From an uncultured Bacilli bacterium (GTDB taxonomy: Bacteria > Bacillota_I > Bacilli_A > RF39 > UBA660), in the NCBI GenBank assembly GCA_944333345.1, contig CALVKW010000003.1:1-33903 (forward strand): a stretch of 33,903 nt of DNA, in the 5' to 3' direction. Position 1 is the stretch's first letter. Each line of letters opens with the position of its first letter. The notes below the pieces were generated by a model, which worked only from the letters and a program-made list of their open reading frames with translations, did no database searches and was not told the origin of the DNA. Shown one piece after another: positions 18,459 through 28,661 of the stretch. A program made the position numbers and the translations under genes.

Positions 18459-19337
18459 ATGAAACCAATAATTGTAATTGTAGGTCCTACTGGGGTAGGA
18501 AAGACAAAGCTAAGTATAGAACTAGCAAAAAAGTTGGACGCCGAAATCATTAATGGAGACTCTGTTGCAATTTATAAAAGATTAAATATCGGAAGTGCTA
18601 AGCCAACCAAGGAAGAACAACAAGAAGCGGTCCATCACTTAATTGATATCAAAGAGCCAACTGAAGAATACAGTGTCTATGATTATCAAATAGATACTAG
18701 AAATAAAATAGAAGAAATTACAAAAAAAGGAAAAAGAGTAGTGATTGTAGGTGGAACAGGACTATATATAAAAGCAGCATTATACAACTATATATTTAGA
18801 AAAGGAACAACCTATAATACCTATGATGACTTATCAAATGAAGAATTATTAGAAAAGATAAAAGAATACGACAAAGATACTGCCATTCATAAAAACAATA
18901 GAAAAAGACTAATTCGTGCACTAAATAAATATGAAAATAAGGAACCCATAACAACAAACAAAGATGAATGTCTATATCCAATAAAAGTGGTAGGTTTAAC
19001 TTCCCAAAGAGAAGAGATATATGGTAGAATAAATAAAAGAGTAGATAAAATGTTTAGAGAGGGACTATTAGAAGAAATTATTTCTTTAAAAGACGATTAT
19101 AAATCTTCTAGAGTATTAAAAAGTGCAATAGGATATAAAGAGTTTTATGATTACTTATATCATGATAAACCATTAGAAGTAGTAAAAGAAGAAATAAAAT
19201 TAAATTCTAGACACTATGCAAAAAGACAATACACATTTTTTAATCATCAATTTAATACAGCGTGGTATGAAGTAAATTTTGAAAACTTTGAAGAAACAAT
19301 TAACAAAATATATCAAGACATAAAAAAAGAAGCTTAA
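18459..19337 (+). CDS. miaA: tRNA dimethylallyltransferase
   Basis: GPTGVGKT, IGSAKP, VGGTGLY, AIGYKE, YAKRQYT. Confidence 0.96.
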   Translation: MKPIIVIVGPTGVGKTKLSIELAKKLDAEIINGDSVAIYKRLNIGSAKPTKEEQQEAVHHLIDIKEPTEEYSVYDYQIDTRNKIEEITKKGKRVVIVGGTGLYIKAALYNYIFRKGTTYNTYDDLSNEELLEKIKEYDKDTAIHKNNRKRLIRALNKYENKEPITTNKDECLYPIKVVGLTSQREEIYGRINKRVDKMFREGLLEEIISLKDDYKSSRVLKSAIGYKEFYDYLYHDKPLEVVKEEIKLNSRHYAKRQYTFFNHQFNTAWYEVNFENFEETINKIYQDIKKEA

Positions 19338-19354
19338 TCAAAAGCTTCTTTTTT
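19323..19354. terminator. Bidirectional terminator between convergent genes
   Basis: AAAAAAGAAGCTT-N6-AAGCTTCTTTTTT. Confidence 0.8.
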
Positions 19355-20267
19355 AGACTAGTTCGGAATAAATAGAAGTATCAAACTGATGCTCTGTTTG
19401 TTCAATAGAAAGTAAAGTAGGAGTATCAATCAAGAAGAAATCATGCTCCAAGACATTTTGACCAGTCGTAGTAACAGGGTCATCCCAAGTAAGATCTAAG
19501 TGTAACCATTGATGATTAAGATACACAGCATTCCATACATGTTGTTCACTAGATACTTTATAACTTTCAATTCCCATCTCTTCTAAAAACAACTGCATAG
19601 CATCAGTATATCCCCCACAGATTCCATATCCCTCTAATAATGGACCATAAGCAATATCAGAATGATAAGTGGTATCATTATAATCACTACGATTAGAATC
19701 ATATACACTATGATCAATAATATAATCATGAACTCTAAGAATATTATTGATATCTGTATCCGTTGGAACAATCAATTGATCAGCAAGTTCAGAAACTCGA
19801 TCAGAAACTTCTTGAATTTGTTCATCTGTATAACTTTTTTCAATATGAATATTTACTTCTCCCAAAGAATCATACTGAGTCTCAATATGATTAAAACCAT
19901 TAAAAGGATGAACAAAATTATTAATATGAGAAAGTAATTCTTGATCATTCGCTAAATTTTCCACTTCATTTAAACAAGAACTATATTCTCCTGGACAATA
20001 AAAAGTAAAATCATCTATCCCACTATTAATAGCAGTATAGAAAATATTTAAAAGATCCTGACGAGACATAGGAGATAAATCATCAACATTTTGTACAAAT
20101 TCAAAATCATAATCTCTATAATATTCATTTTTATTATCTAAATTAGAGCTTTCATCACGATAACTTCTCAAAAAAGAATAATAAGCTTTCTGCAAATCTT
20201 GCTGATAAAAGAATAAAACTCCAATAATAATTAAAGTAATACCCAATAAAAATAACCCTTTTTTCAT
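19353..20267 (-). CDS. Membrane-anchored transglutaminase-like (Cys-His-Asp) protein
   Basis: N-terminal TM; HDYIID, GICGGY, HVWNAV, HLDLTWDD. Confidence 0.85.
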   Translation of the reverse strand: MKKGLFLLGITLIIIGVLFFYQQDLQKAYYSFLRSYRDESSNLDNKNEYYRDYDFEFVQNVDDLSPMSRQDLLNIFYTAINSGIDDFTFYCPGEYSSCLNEVENLANDQELLSHINNFVHPFNGFNHIETQYDSLGEVNIHIEKSYTDEQIQEVSDRVSELADQLIVPTDTDINNILRVHDYIIDHSVYDSNRSDYNDTTYHSDIAYGPLLEGYGICGGYTDAMQLFLEEMGIESYKVSSEQHVWNAVYLNHQWLHLDLTWDDPVTTTGQNVLEHDFFLIDTPTLLSIEQTEHQFDTSIYSELV

Positions 20268-20334
20268 AATTCCTCCAGTAAATAATATTCTATAGTTAAC
20301 TTAATTCTATCGTAAGTAACAACAAATGTAAATA

Positions 20335-20360
20335 AAAAACCAATCAAGGATTTGATTGAT
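20335..20360 (-). terminator. rpsT terminator
   Basis: CAATCAA-N4-TTGATTG with a T run on the minus strand. Confidence 0.65.
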
Positions 20361-20621
20361 TTACATAGCATTTTTCATTTTAGTTAATCTTGATTTTAAA
20401 CGTGCAGCTTTATTCTTATGTATTTTACCACTTGCCATTGCTTTATCTACTCTTTGAATAGCAATATTGTAGTTCGTGCTTGCTGCTTCTTTATTACCTG
20501 CTTTAGCTTCTTTTTCGAACTTTTTAACAGCTGTTCTCATACTTGAAACAACTAAAGTATTTACAGTAGTCTTCTTAGCATTAGAACGTACTCTTTTTTT
20601 AGCACTTTGAATATTTGGCAT
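20361..20621 (-). CDS. rpsT: 30S ribosomal protein S20
   Basis: MPNIQSAKKR ... IHKNKAARLKSRL. Confidence 0.98.
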   Translation of the reverse strand: MPNIQSAKKRVRSNAKKTTVNTLVVSSMRTAVKKFEKEAKAGNKEAASTNYNIAIQRVDKAMASGKIHKNKAARLKSRLTKMKNAM

Positions 20622-20722
20622 TTTTTCACCTCACTTTTATAAACACATTAATTTTATCAAAAATTTTACTAAAAAGCAAATATTTTTTCTCTATTTGTAA
20701 ATATTAAAAATAGGTGATAAAA

Positions 20723-21760
20723 ATGCATACAATTGATTTAAAAAATAATAGCTTAAGAACCGACTTAATTATTGATGAAATTAGTAGAAATAAAGAAAGT
20801 AAAATCGAAACTAAAAAAATAATAGAAAAGGAAAATATAGTCTTAGAAGAAATAAAAATAGATAAAGAGTTAGAAAAAAAATTAAAAAAGAAGTCTGGAA
20901 TATATCGTACAGTAACTTTTAAAGATGTAACAGATAAAAATAATTTTAAAGAAGTAGAACAAGCAGTAATTCGAGCCTTAAAAAACACGTATGAAGATAT
21001 TAATCTAACAAAAGACAGTAAAGTATTAGTGATAGGATTAGGAAATGAAGAATCAACCCCAGATTCTCTAGGCCCGAAAAGTATAAATCATGTATTAGTA
21101 ACAAGACATTTATTTCTATTAGGAGAAGTAGAAGAAGGATATCGAAACGTTGCTAGCTTCAAACCAAGCGTAACGGGAGTAACAGGAATTGAAACAAAAG
21201 ATCTAATTGAAGGAATAACATCGAAAACAAAGCCAGATTTATTAATTGTAATTGATGCTCTTGCTTCCAACTCTATAGAGCGGCTAAATAAAACAATTCA
21301 AATCACAACATCCGGTATTTCTCCAGGAAGTGGAATTGGAAATAACAGAGTGGAAATTAGTAAAGAAACAATGAATATCCCAGTCATCGCCTTAGGAGTG
21401 CCAACGGTAGTAGAGGCGACAACGATTGTGCAAGATACCTTACAACTATTATTAAAACAAATAAGTTATAAAATGGAAAACCAACAGAATATGAAATTAA
21501 AATTAATACCCAATGAAAGCGAAAACTATCAAAACCACGAAGAAAAATTAAGTGATAAAGAAAAAGAAGACGTGTTAGGAATGGTCGGCCTTTTAGATGA
21601 ACAGGAACTAAAAAAACTACTATTAGAAGTATTAATACCAGTAAATTACAACATGATGGTAACTCCAAAAGAAATAGACTATGTAATAGAAAAACTTAGT
21701 TTGTTAATAGGAAATGCAATAAATAAAAGTCTCCACGAACACTTTAATCCGACAAATTAA
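20723..21760 (+). CDS. gpr: Spore germination protease GPR
   Basis: RTDL, GLGN..STPDSLGP, TRHLF, GVTGIET, IDALAS, PGSGIGN, GVPTVV, VTPKEID; divergent from rpsT; ATG 20723 after SD AGGTGA. Confidence 0.95.
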   Translation: MHTIDLKNNSLRTDLIIDEISRNKESKIETKKIIEKENIVLEEIKIDKELEKKLKKKSGIYRTVTFKDVTDKNNFKEVEQAVIRALKNTYEDINLTKDSKVLVIGLGNEESTPDSLGPKSINHVLVTRHLFLLGEVEEGYRNVASFKPSVTGVTGIETKDLIEGITSKTKPDLLIVIDALASNSIERLNKTIQITTSGISPGSGIGNNRVEISKETMNIPVIALGVPTVVEATTIVQDTLQLLLKQISYKMENQQNMKLKLIPNESENYQNHEEKLSDKEKEDVLGMVGLLDEQELKKLLLEVLIPVNYNMMVTPKEIDYVIEKLSLLIGNAINKSLHEHFNPTN

Positions 21761-21796
21761 TAAATAAAAAAGTGATAATCTCATCTTGGTGATAGA

Positions 21797-22720
21797 ATGA
21801 AAAAAAGATTTTATTCTAAAAAAAACAAGAAAAAAAATAGAGCGAAGAGAATAATTTTTTTACTCATTTTTGTATTTAGTTTATATACAAGCTATCAAAT
21901 TCTTGATGAAAGAAATAAAAAAATAGACCAAAAAGAATTAGTACAACTATTATTATCTCCTAAAAAAGAAACCAATATAATAAAACAAATAATTTCACGA
22001 TTTATACCAACCAAAGAAGAAACAATTAAAACAATGTTAGATACCACATATAAAGGATTAATTAAAGAAGAACAAATCATTCCAGTAACAAAAGAAGAAA
22101 AAGAACCTCTAGTTTATATATATAATTCCCATCAAACAGAAGAATACACTCCCAGTAGCTTTGTAGAATATAGTGTAATGCCAACAGTACAAATGAATAA
22201 TTATATATTAGAAGAAAAGTTAGAGGAAGCAAATTACAATACAATTGTAGAAGAAAAAAACATCAAACAAGTATTAAATGAGCATGGATGGAATTATGCA
22301 GGAAGTTATAATGCCAGTAGAATTTTCTTAGAAGAAGCGAAAAAAAACTACCCTACGTTAAAATATTTTATAGATGTACACAGGGACAGTTTGCCAAAAG
22401 AAAGAACAACAGTAACAATTGATAATAAAAACTTTGCCAGTATCTTATTTTTAATAGGTCTAGAAAATCCCGACTATAGCGAAAACTTGGCATTTACAGA
22501 AAAAATAAATGAAAAAATAAATGAGAAGTACCCAACGCTTTCAAAAGGTATCTATAAAAAAGAAGGGGAAGGAGTAAATGGAGTATATAATCAAGATTTC
22601 TCCCCCTTTACCATTCTTGTAGAAATGGGAGGACCAGAAAACACAATTGATGAAATTCTAAATACATCACTGGCATTTTCGGAATGTCTAATCGAGGTGA
22701 TAGATGAATATGAAATATAA
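21797..22720 (+). CDS. spoIIP: Stage II sporulation protein P (engulfment peptidoglycan hydrolase)
   Basis: TM anchor; IYNSHQTEEY, IDVHRDS, GVYNQD, LVEMGG; directly after gpr. Confidence 0.9.
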   Translation: MKKRFYSKKNKKKNRAKRIIFLLIFVFSLYTSYQILDERNKKIDQKELVQLLLSPKKETNIIKQIISRFIPTKEETIKTMLDTTYKGLIKEEQIIPVTKEEKEPLVYIYNSHQTEEYTPSSFVEYSVMPTVQMNNYILEEKLEEANYNTIVEEKNIKQVLNEHGWNYAGSYNASRIFLEEAKKNYPTLKYFIDVHRDSLPKERTTVTIDNKNFASILFLIGLENPDYSENLAFTEKINEKINEKYPTLSKGIYKKEGEGVNGVYNQDFSPFTILVEMGGPENTIDEILNTSLAFSECLIEVIDEYEI

Positions 22721-23033
22721 AAGACTAGCAGAAATTATTTTTGGCATATTAGTAATTTTATTTTTAGGTCTTTATATCAGCCAAATGACAGGGTATTATC
22801 AATATGCTGAAAGTAAAAAGACAACTCTTACTACAGAAGCAATAAAGCGCTTTGAAGAAGATATAAGAAACGGTAAAGAAATAAGAGCAGAAAATTATTT
22901 AGAGCAAGAAGTGGATTATAGTAACAAATTATCTTCCCTAGGAATGAAATTATCATCGTTTATTGAAAAAGGCTTTAATAAGGCAATGAATAGTATATTT
23001 AACGAAATATCAAATGCAATCAGTGACGAATAA
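22704..23033 (+). CDS. Small single-TM protein (positional equivalent of Bacillus yqxA)
   Basis: 109 aa, one TM helix, follows spoIIP; identity is inferred from position only. Confidence 0.6.
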   Translation: MNMKYKRLAEIIFGILVILFLGLYISQMTGYYQYAESKKTTLTTEAIKRFEEDIRNGKEIRAENYLEQEVDYSNKLSSLGMKLSSFIEKGFNKAMNSIFNEISNAISDE

Positions 23034-23056
23034 ATGCTTGGAATTAATGAATAATA

Positions 23057-23065
23057 TGATATAAT
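23057..23065 (+). promoter_or_regulatory. Extended -10 promoter
   Basis: TGATATAAT before SD AGGAG. Confidence 0.6.
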
Positions 23066-23095
23066 ATAATAAAATAAAGAGTAGGAGCTATATAT

Positions 23096-24511
23096 ATGTA
23101 TTGTAATAAGTGTGGTTATCAAAATTCAGAGAACGCCAAATTTTGTCAAAAATGTGGAAATGAGCTTTTGAGTCAAAACAGTCAGAATATTTTAACAGAA
23201 AAAAATGTGGACGATTCTATAATTCGAAGAAGTATAAAACTAGATGCCAAGAAAAAACAAAAGGCACCGTTATACGGAGTGATATTCATCATCCTAATTG
23301 TCGGTATAGTATTAAGTGCATTTTTGATAAGGAACATTAGTACGTCCACCATGCAATTAGAAACTAACATTTCAGGAAATCAAATAATAATGCCTTTACT
23401 ATTACTATTTATTTATTTTTTTGTCGCAGCATTATTAAATATTAGTATTGCCAAAGCAAGTCTTGATATTAGTAGAGAAAAACAAATAACAATAGGAGAT
23501 ATCTTACGATTCCCATTCCATAATTTTTCTGTTTGTCTTAAAATGATAGGAGTAGGAATATTAGTATCCATTATCTTAGGGGTATTACAATTAGCGCCTA
23601 TCATAGGTACGATTGCCTATCTAATTTTATTATATTATTATGCTCCAGCTTACGTTATATTTAACTATATTATGGTAGATAGTACAGAGAATAACTTATC
23701 AGTAATAGACGCAATAAAAAAAGCAATTGAATTAGTAAAAGGGCAAAGAATAGCCTTCTACGGATTAGTATTTAGTTTTCTTGGGTGGTATTTACTAAGC
23801 GCAGTAACGCTAGGAACTTTATTAATATGGGTACTTCCATATTTAAATGTATCACTAGCTAATTACTACCGTAGATTAATAAAAGAAAAAGAATTTACAT
23901 CTGCAACTACAGGCCTAAGTAATAAAGCTATCATTGGAATATGCTTTGGCGCGACCTTTGCACTAATTATTGTTATGATTATTATTGTTGCCATAGGAAT
24001 TCTAATAAATACTAGACCATTAACAACAGAAAAAACGATTCCTAATAATCTTTATGAAGATACATATGAAAATAACAATACAAATTATAAAGATATCTAC
24101 GATAGTGGTGAAGTGAGAAAAGCTACTGGAGTAAATATTTATGTTCCCAATGAGTTTAGCGAAATTCAAATTGATGGATATACAAATGCGTATGCCTCAC
24201 CTTCTAAGAATACAGTGTTGGGGGTTATAATTCAAGAAATACAAGCCGAGCAAACTTCATTAGACGATTATGCAAATACCATGAGATATTTGATGTCAGA
24301 AGAATATACTTGCGACGAACTACAAACAAAGACACTAAATGGCGAAGACTGGAAGATATTAAATTGCCAAAATGCCGACTATAATATTAGATGCTATATA
24401 ATAATAAAAGGTACAACTGGGTATATAATAGCTATAACATATAAAGACACCAGCGCAGGAAATACGGAATTATTATCAAAAATAGAACAAAACCTATCTA
24501 TAGAATATTAA
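23096..24511 (+). CDS. Zinc-ribbon plus DUF975-like multi-pass membrane protein with extracellular C-terminal domain
   Basis: MYCNKCG...AKFCQKCG; FSFLGWYLLSAVTLGTLLIWVLPY...ANYY typical of DUF975; soluble C-terminal domain. Confidence 0.75.
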   Translation: MYCNKCGYQNSENAKFCQKCGNELLSQNSQNILTEKNVDDSIIRRSIKLDAKKKQKAPLYGVIFIILIVGIVLSAFLIRNISTSTMQLETNISGNQIIMPLLLLFIYFFVAALLNISIAKASLDISREKQITIGDILRFPFHNFSVCLKMIGVGILVSIILGVLQLAPIIGTIAYLILLYYYAPAYVIFNYIMVDSTENNLSVIDAIKKAIELVKGQRIAFYGLVFSFLGWYLLSAVTLGTLLIWVLPYLNVSLANYYRRLIKEKEFTSATTGLSNKAIIGICFGATFALIIVMIIIVAIGILINTRPLTTEKTIPNNLYEDTYENNNTNYKDIYDSGEVRKATGVNIYVPNEFSEIQIDGYTNAYASPSKNTVLGVIIQEIQAEQTSLDDYANTMRYLMSEEYTCDELQTKTLNGEDWKILNCQNADYNIRCYIIIKGTTGYIIAITYKDTSAGNTELLSKIEQNLSIEY

Positions 24512-24538
24512 AGTAGTTAAAACTACTTTTCTTTTTTT
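24510..24538 (+). terminator. Intrinsic terminator
   Basis: AAAGTAGT-taaa-ACTACTTT plus T run. Confidence 0.7.
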
Positions 24539-24611
24539 CTGGAAAATATATTCTCATCACTTGAAAAATATGATATACTCTATTATAGAATATAAGATAG
24601 GGGTGCTAGTG

Positions 24612-25514
24612 ATGAAAGAAGAAATCATCAAAAAGTTAAAGTTAGATATTGAAGAACGGGAACGTTCCTATCAAAAAGAGTTACAAAAAATAAGAGCCGA
24701 AGACAATCTTTTAAATTACATTAAAGGAATGTTAGATATCACAAAAGATAACGTGGCTAACTTCCCATATTATGACAGCAAGGATAAGGAAGAAGAATCA
24801 GAAGAAGACTTTAATGTAATGTTAAAATATACTCTAAAAGATGATAAAGTAATTTCAGAATTTAAATCAGAAATAAAAAATCTATACTTTCTAGAAAAGA
24901 TAGGTTATCAACATGCAGAACAATATGAGGATGCTAAAAGAAAATTAGAAGAATATAGAAATAAAATAGAAGAAGCATATGAAGAATTAAAAAATAACGA
25001 AACTTTAAAAAAAATAACCGCAAAAAAAGAAGAAATATTAGAAAAATTAGCAACTCTAAAAGAAAAACTTCAAGAGGAAGATACAGAAATAGAAAATATT
25101 GATACATTCTACGAATGCATGCAATATGCCAATCTTTCAGACAAAGAAAAAACCACAATCTTAGTTTCAATATTAGAAAAAAATTTATTATATCAGCAAA
25201 GAAAATTACAAGAATTAGAAGAACTAGAGCATTCTAGAAAAACAGCAATTACAAAAGAAATAAGTACTTTATCAGAAACAGAATTAAACAGAATATTAGA
25301 AACACTCATAAACAACAATACCCTAGAGCAACGACTAGCCATAAAAATAACTTATCCTAAGAGAAAGACTGAAAAGAATTTCGAACAAGAATTAAATGAT
25401 ATAACACAATCCCTAAAAAAGCAAGTAACAGAAATGTTGAATAAACAAGCATCAGAAAGAAGGTCTTTAATAGAGAAAAGGAAAAATGATGGATTATTAA
25501 TTGTAGAAGAATAG
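24612..25514 (+). CDS. Coiled-coil hypothetical protein
   Basis: E/K/L-rich heptads; likely start ATG 24612 after SD AGGGGTG. Confidence 0.7.
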   Translation: MKEEIIKKLKLDIEERERSYQKELQKIRAEDNLLNYIKGMLDITKDNVANFPYYDSKDKEEESEEDFNVMLKYTLKDDKVISEFKSEIKNLYFLEKIGYQHAEQYEDAKRKLEEYRNKIEEAYEELKNNETLKKITAKKEEILEKLATLKEKLQEEDTEIENIDTFYECMQYANLSDKEKTTILVSILEKNLLYQQRKLQELEELEHSRKTAITKEISTLSETELNRILETLINNNTLEQRLAIKITYPKRKTEKNFEQELNDITQSLKKQVTEMLNKQASERRSLIEKRKNDGLLIVEE

Positions 25515-25529
25515 ATAGTAGGTGAAATT

Positions 25530-27296
25530 ATGACAGAACAAACAGAATTAATTACTATATTAAAGGATGCAATCAACCACAAAAAAATGGACGTGAAAGA
25601 ATATAACGATCGGCTAGATCAGAATCTATCAAAAAAAATGCAACTATTAGAGAACTTAAAAAAAGATGTAAACGAGATAACAAAAGCAAATATAAATCAA
25701 ATTAATGAAATGATAGATGCTTTTCAAATTAGCGAAGAAGAAAAAAATAATCTAAAAAAAGAATTAGATATTATTAAAGCAGTCTTAACATTAAATCAAA
25801 CAGAAAATACAAATTATACTCTATTGCCAAACCAACTAGCAGCACTTACAAGATTTATAGAGAATTTAGAAAAGTATATTGAAAATAAAAATCTAGAAAA
25901 ACAATCCATAGACCCAGAATATAATCAAATTATGTTATTAACAAAGCAATATAAAAAACTTCTATCTCAATTAAAAAAACCAACACAGGAAACACTAATT
26001 ACAGATATAGATACAATACTTCAAATGTTTCAAGAGGAAGAAATACAAGAAGAAGAAAAACAAGCAATTCTGCTATCGTTAATTAAATATAATTATGAAA
26101 TAACAAGAAAAAAAGAAACGACCTTAGCCCGCAACCACAAAAAAATGACATCACAAGAGTTATCATTAATATTTAAAAAATACGGGTATAGCTATGACAA
26201 ATTAGATAAAAATTTTAGAGATAAATTAAAAAAAGAAGGCATCAGGAAACAGATAAGCGAAGTTTTTTCAACCATGCAAAAATTAGAGTTTTTTAAATTA
26301 GATGAAAAGACTGAAGGGCTTTTGCTAACAACCTACCTTTTAGCAACAACAAAAGAAAATTTAGAAGAGATTACTAAAATTGCCCAACAAAGAGGAATTA
26401 ACATGATAACAATTGAAAGGTTAGTCAGTATCTATATTTCTGATGGATACAAATATGATGGCAAATATAGTATCGGAAAAAAAGAAGATTTTAAAAAAAA
26501 TGTGCAACTATTAGTAGAACATGGAATTAGTATTCCTTACGTGGCTGAGAAAGGAAAAGATTTGTTGATTCTCGCTAATAAAAAATTACAAGAAAATCTA
26601 GAATGGCTAGAACGTTATGGTCTATATAGTGAAGAAAGAGAAACCTCACTTCTAGATGACTTCTTATCCGCATTAAAATCACCATATATACCAGAGATGA
26701 TAGATTTATGGATAGAGAGCCATCCATTGGGGCTAAGATACATCAAGAATAATTTAACAGCATTATCAACCAATATTGAAACAAATAAATTAATATTCCA
26801 CAAACTTCATTTATCAGCAACCATTGGAAACAATGAAGCCTTTCGTTTAACAATGTCTAACGGTGTAAAAAAACTATTATTGCGAAAAGAAATTACAAAC
26901 GATGACATAGAATACCAAGGAATAAGTGATATAGCTAGTGCGAAAAGAATAAATGGTCAGAAAGAAGTTCATTTTAAAATGGAAAAAGAATATCAACGAA
27001 TTGCTAAAGAATCCATACATCATGCCATTTCCAGTACAATATTTGAATGTCCCGAAATTGAATATTTGGATAGATTTAGTGATAGCGAAGAAAGTCTATT
27101 ATACAATATCAACAATCTCAGAATATCTAAATTAAAAGTATTAAGAATATATAATGCATTATGTGAACAAAATTTAGGTAAAACAATAGATGCTTTATTA
27201 TTCGCTATTACTTACCATAAAATTTTAACAGAAGAAGAATATAATGACTTAGTAATGAATATCAAGCAAACGACAGGATTGGAGGAAATCATATGA
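25530..27296 (+). CDS. Hypothetical protein, N-terminal coiled coil plus helical repeats
   Basis: 588-aa ORF; recurring hxxxG(I/Y/L) helix-turn motifs. Confidence 0.7.
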   Translation: MTEQTELITILKDAINHKKMDVKEYNDRLDQNLSKKMQLLENLKKDVNEITKANINQINEMIDAFQISEEEKNNLKKELDIIKAVLTLNQTENTNYTLLPNQLAALTRFIENLEKYIENKNLEKQSIDPEYNQIMLLTKQYKKLLSQLKKPTQETLITDIDTILQMFQEEEIQEEEKQAILLSLIKYNYEITRKKETTLARNHKKMTSQELSLIFKKYGYSYDKLDKNFRDKLKKEGIRKQISEVFSTMQKLEFFKLDEKTEGLLLTTYLLATTKENLEEITKIAQQRGINMITIERLVSIYISDGYKYDGKYSIGKKEDFKKNVQLLVEHGISIPYVAEKGKDLLILANKKLQENLEWLERYGLYSEERETSLLDDFLSALKSPYIPEMIDLWIESHPLGLRYIKNNLTALSTNIETNKLIFHKLHLSATIGNNEAFRLTMSNGVKKLLLRKEITNDDIEYQGISDIASAKRINGQKEVHFKMEKEYQRIAKESIHHAISSTIFECPEIEYLDRFSDSEESLLYNINNLRISKLKVLRIYNALCEQNLGKTIDALLFAITYHKILTEEEYNDLVMNIKQTTGLEEII

Positions 27297-27580
27297 AATT
27301 CTTACTAGAATATGGCATATCGAAAGAAACCATAGAAGAATTACAAGAAACTCAAGAAGATAGCACAATATTTTACTTTCTATGCTCCAAAGAAAATGTT
27401 AAGGAAGTAATGGAGTATTTAAAATCAATTCATGTCGAAGTAATTGATAAATTATTAATTAATAGATTAGAACTATTCTTCTTACCAGTAGACAAAATAA
27501 AAGAATGCTTTGAAGCATATAATATTGAAGTTTTAGTACAATTAATGAACGAAGATATCAATGTATTAAATAATATATAA
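27293..27580 (+). CDS. Small acidic helical-repeat protein
   Basis: ATGA overlap with the upstream stop, SD GGAGG. Confidence 0.7.
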   Translation: MKFLLEYGISKETIEELQETQEDSTIFYFLCSKENVKEVMEYLKSIHVEVIDKLLINRLELFFLPVDKIKECFEAYNIEVLVQLMNEDINVLNNI

Positions 27581-27611
27581 AAAACTCTTAAATAAATTGA
27601 AGAGTTTTTTT
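27581..27611 (+). terminator. Intrinsic terminator
   Basis: AAAACTCTT-N10-AAGAGTTTT plus T run. Confidence 0.7.
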
Positions 27612-27619
27612 AGTTAATA

Positions 27620-27628
27620 TGATAAAAT
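27620..27628 (+). promoter_or_regulatory. Extended -10 promoter
   Basis: TGATAAAAT, then SD AAAGGAGG and ATG 27647. Confidence 0.65.
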
Positions 27629-27646
27629 ATTGGAAAGGAGGAAAAT

Positions 27647-28622
27647 ATGTTAAGCTGTAAAGAAACAGAAAAATGCGTAAAATTACAGGAAGACTTAATT
27701 AGAAAGATAAAAGAAAAGTTGTTAGAAAATACCCAAAAAATTTAACGAAATTAACCTAGAAGAATTATCCGAAGCAGTAGATAACTTAATTGCCTCAGCA
27801 GAAATATATGAACAAGAAATAGAAGTATTCAAAAGAGAGCCTGAAGAAGTAGCTAGAGCCTATTTTGGTGAGGAGTTTATAAGACAATATGAAGAAATGA
27901 AAAAGACAATATTAGAACAAGACTGTTTTGTTGTAATCCACGGAACATCCCCTAAAGATATAGAAAGCATTTTAGAAACAGGACTTTACTATAATACTGC
28001 AGGTTTAAGTAGTCATACATATGCAATGCAAGATGAAGATGGATTTTTATATACAAAACTATTAAACTGGCAACACCACGAGGCAAAAGGATTAATTATC
28101 ATTTCACTCCCCATAGAGTGTTGTGGTGGAAAAAATCCTAAACCGTTATGGAACGTTAACAAGGATATTAAAGATAGACCTGATTATGTCCTAAAACCAG
28201 AGTTTATATACGCTGCAATTGATGTAAATAAAAAACAGATTATTAAAAATCCTAGATATAAAAGAGATCACCAATATAGTGAAATAGATGAGGTCGATGA
28301 ACTTCCAATAAATCCATGCTTTAAGGTAGAAGAAGCAAAGGAAATCCAGAATTCCAATAATATAGAAAGCCAAAACCAATCATCGCCTGAAGATAACAAA
28401 CTAAATCAATTATTCATGGAATTATTTGAAATTGCAAATGAGAAAAGTAAAGAAGAACAATATAGAGAATGTATAGATAATCTAAATGCTTTTTTAGAAA
28501 GCTATGAAATATTTACAGAAACATGGGGAAATTATCCATTAAGTACTTTTGAAAATGGTAGACGACTAAAAGAAATTTCCCAAGAATTAAAACAAATATC
28601 CTCTACGAAAAAAACTTTATAA
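27647..28622 (+). pseudogene. Frameshifted gene with putative ADP-ribosyltransferase-fold (HGT motif) domain
   Basis: The ATG 27647 frame stops at 27743-27745. The 27897 frame is open from 27726 (FNEINLEELSEAVDNLIASAE...) and contains IHGTSPKDIESILETGL. Confidence 0.6.
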
Positions 28623-28625
28623 AAT

Positions 28626-28661
28626 AAAAATACACTCGTAAATAATAACAAGTGTATTTTT
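28626..28661. terminator. Bidirectional terminator
   Basis: AAAAATACACT...AGTGTATTTTT between convergent genes. Confidence 0.7.

Noticed and set aside
20660-21796. sigmaF/G/E promoters for gpr and spoIIP
   Set aside because: Only weak matches in very AT-rich DNA; not distinguishable from chance by eye.
11026-24611. ORF-track GTG/TTG starts at 11026, 11633, 16228, 20714 and 24561
   Set aside because: The GTG codons lie inside G(G/A)GTGA-type Shine-Dalgarno sequences, and the TTG at 24561 lies upstream of the SD; in-frame downstream starts fit SD spacing better.
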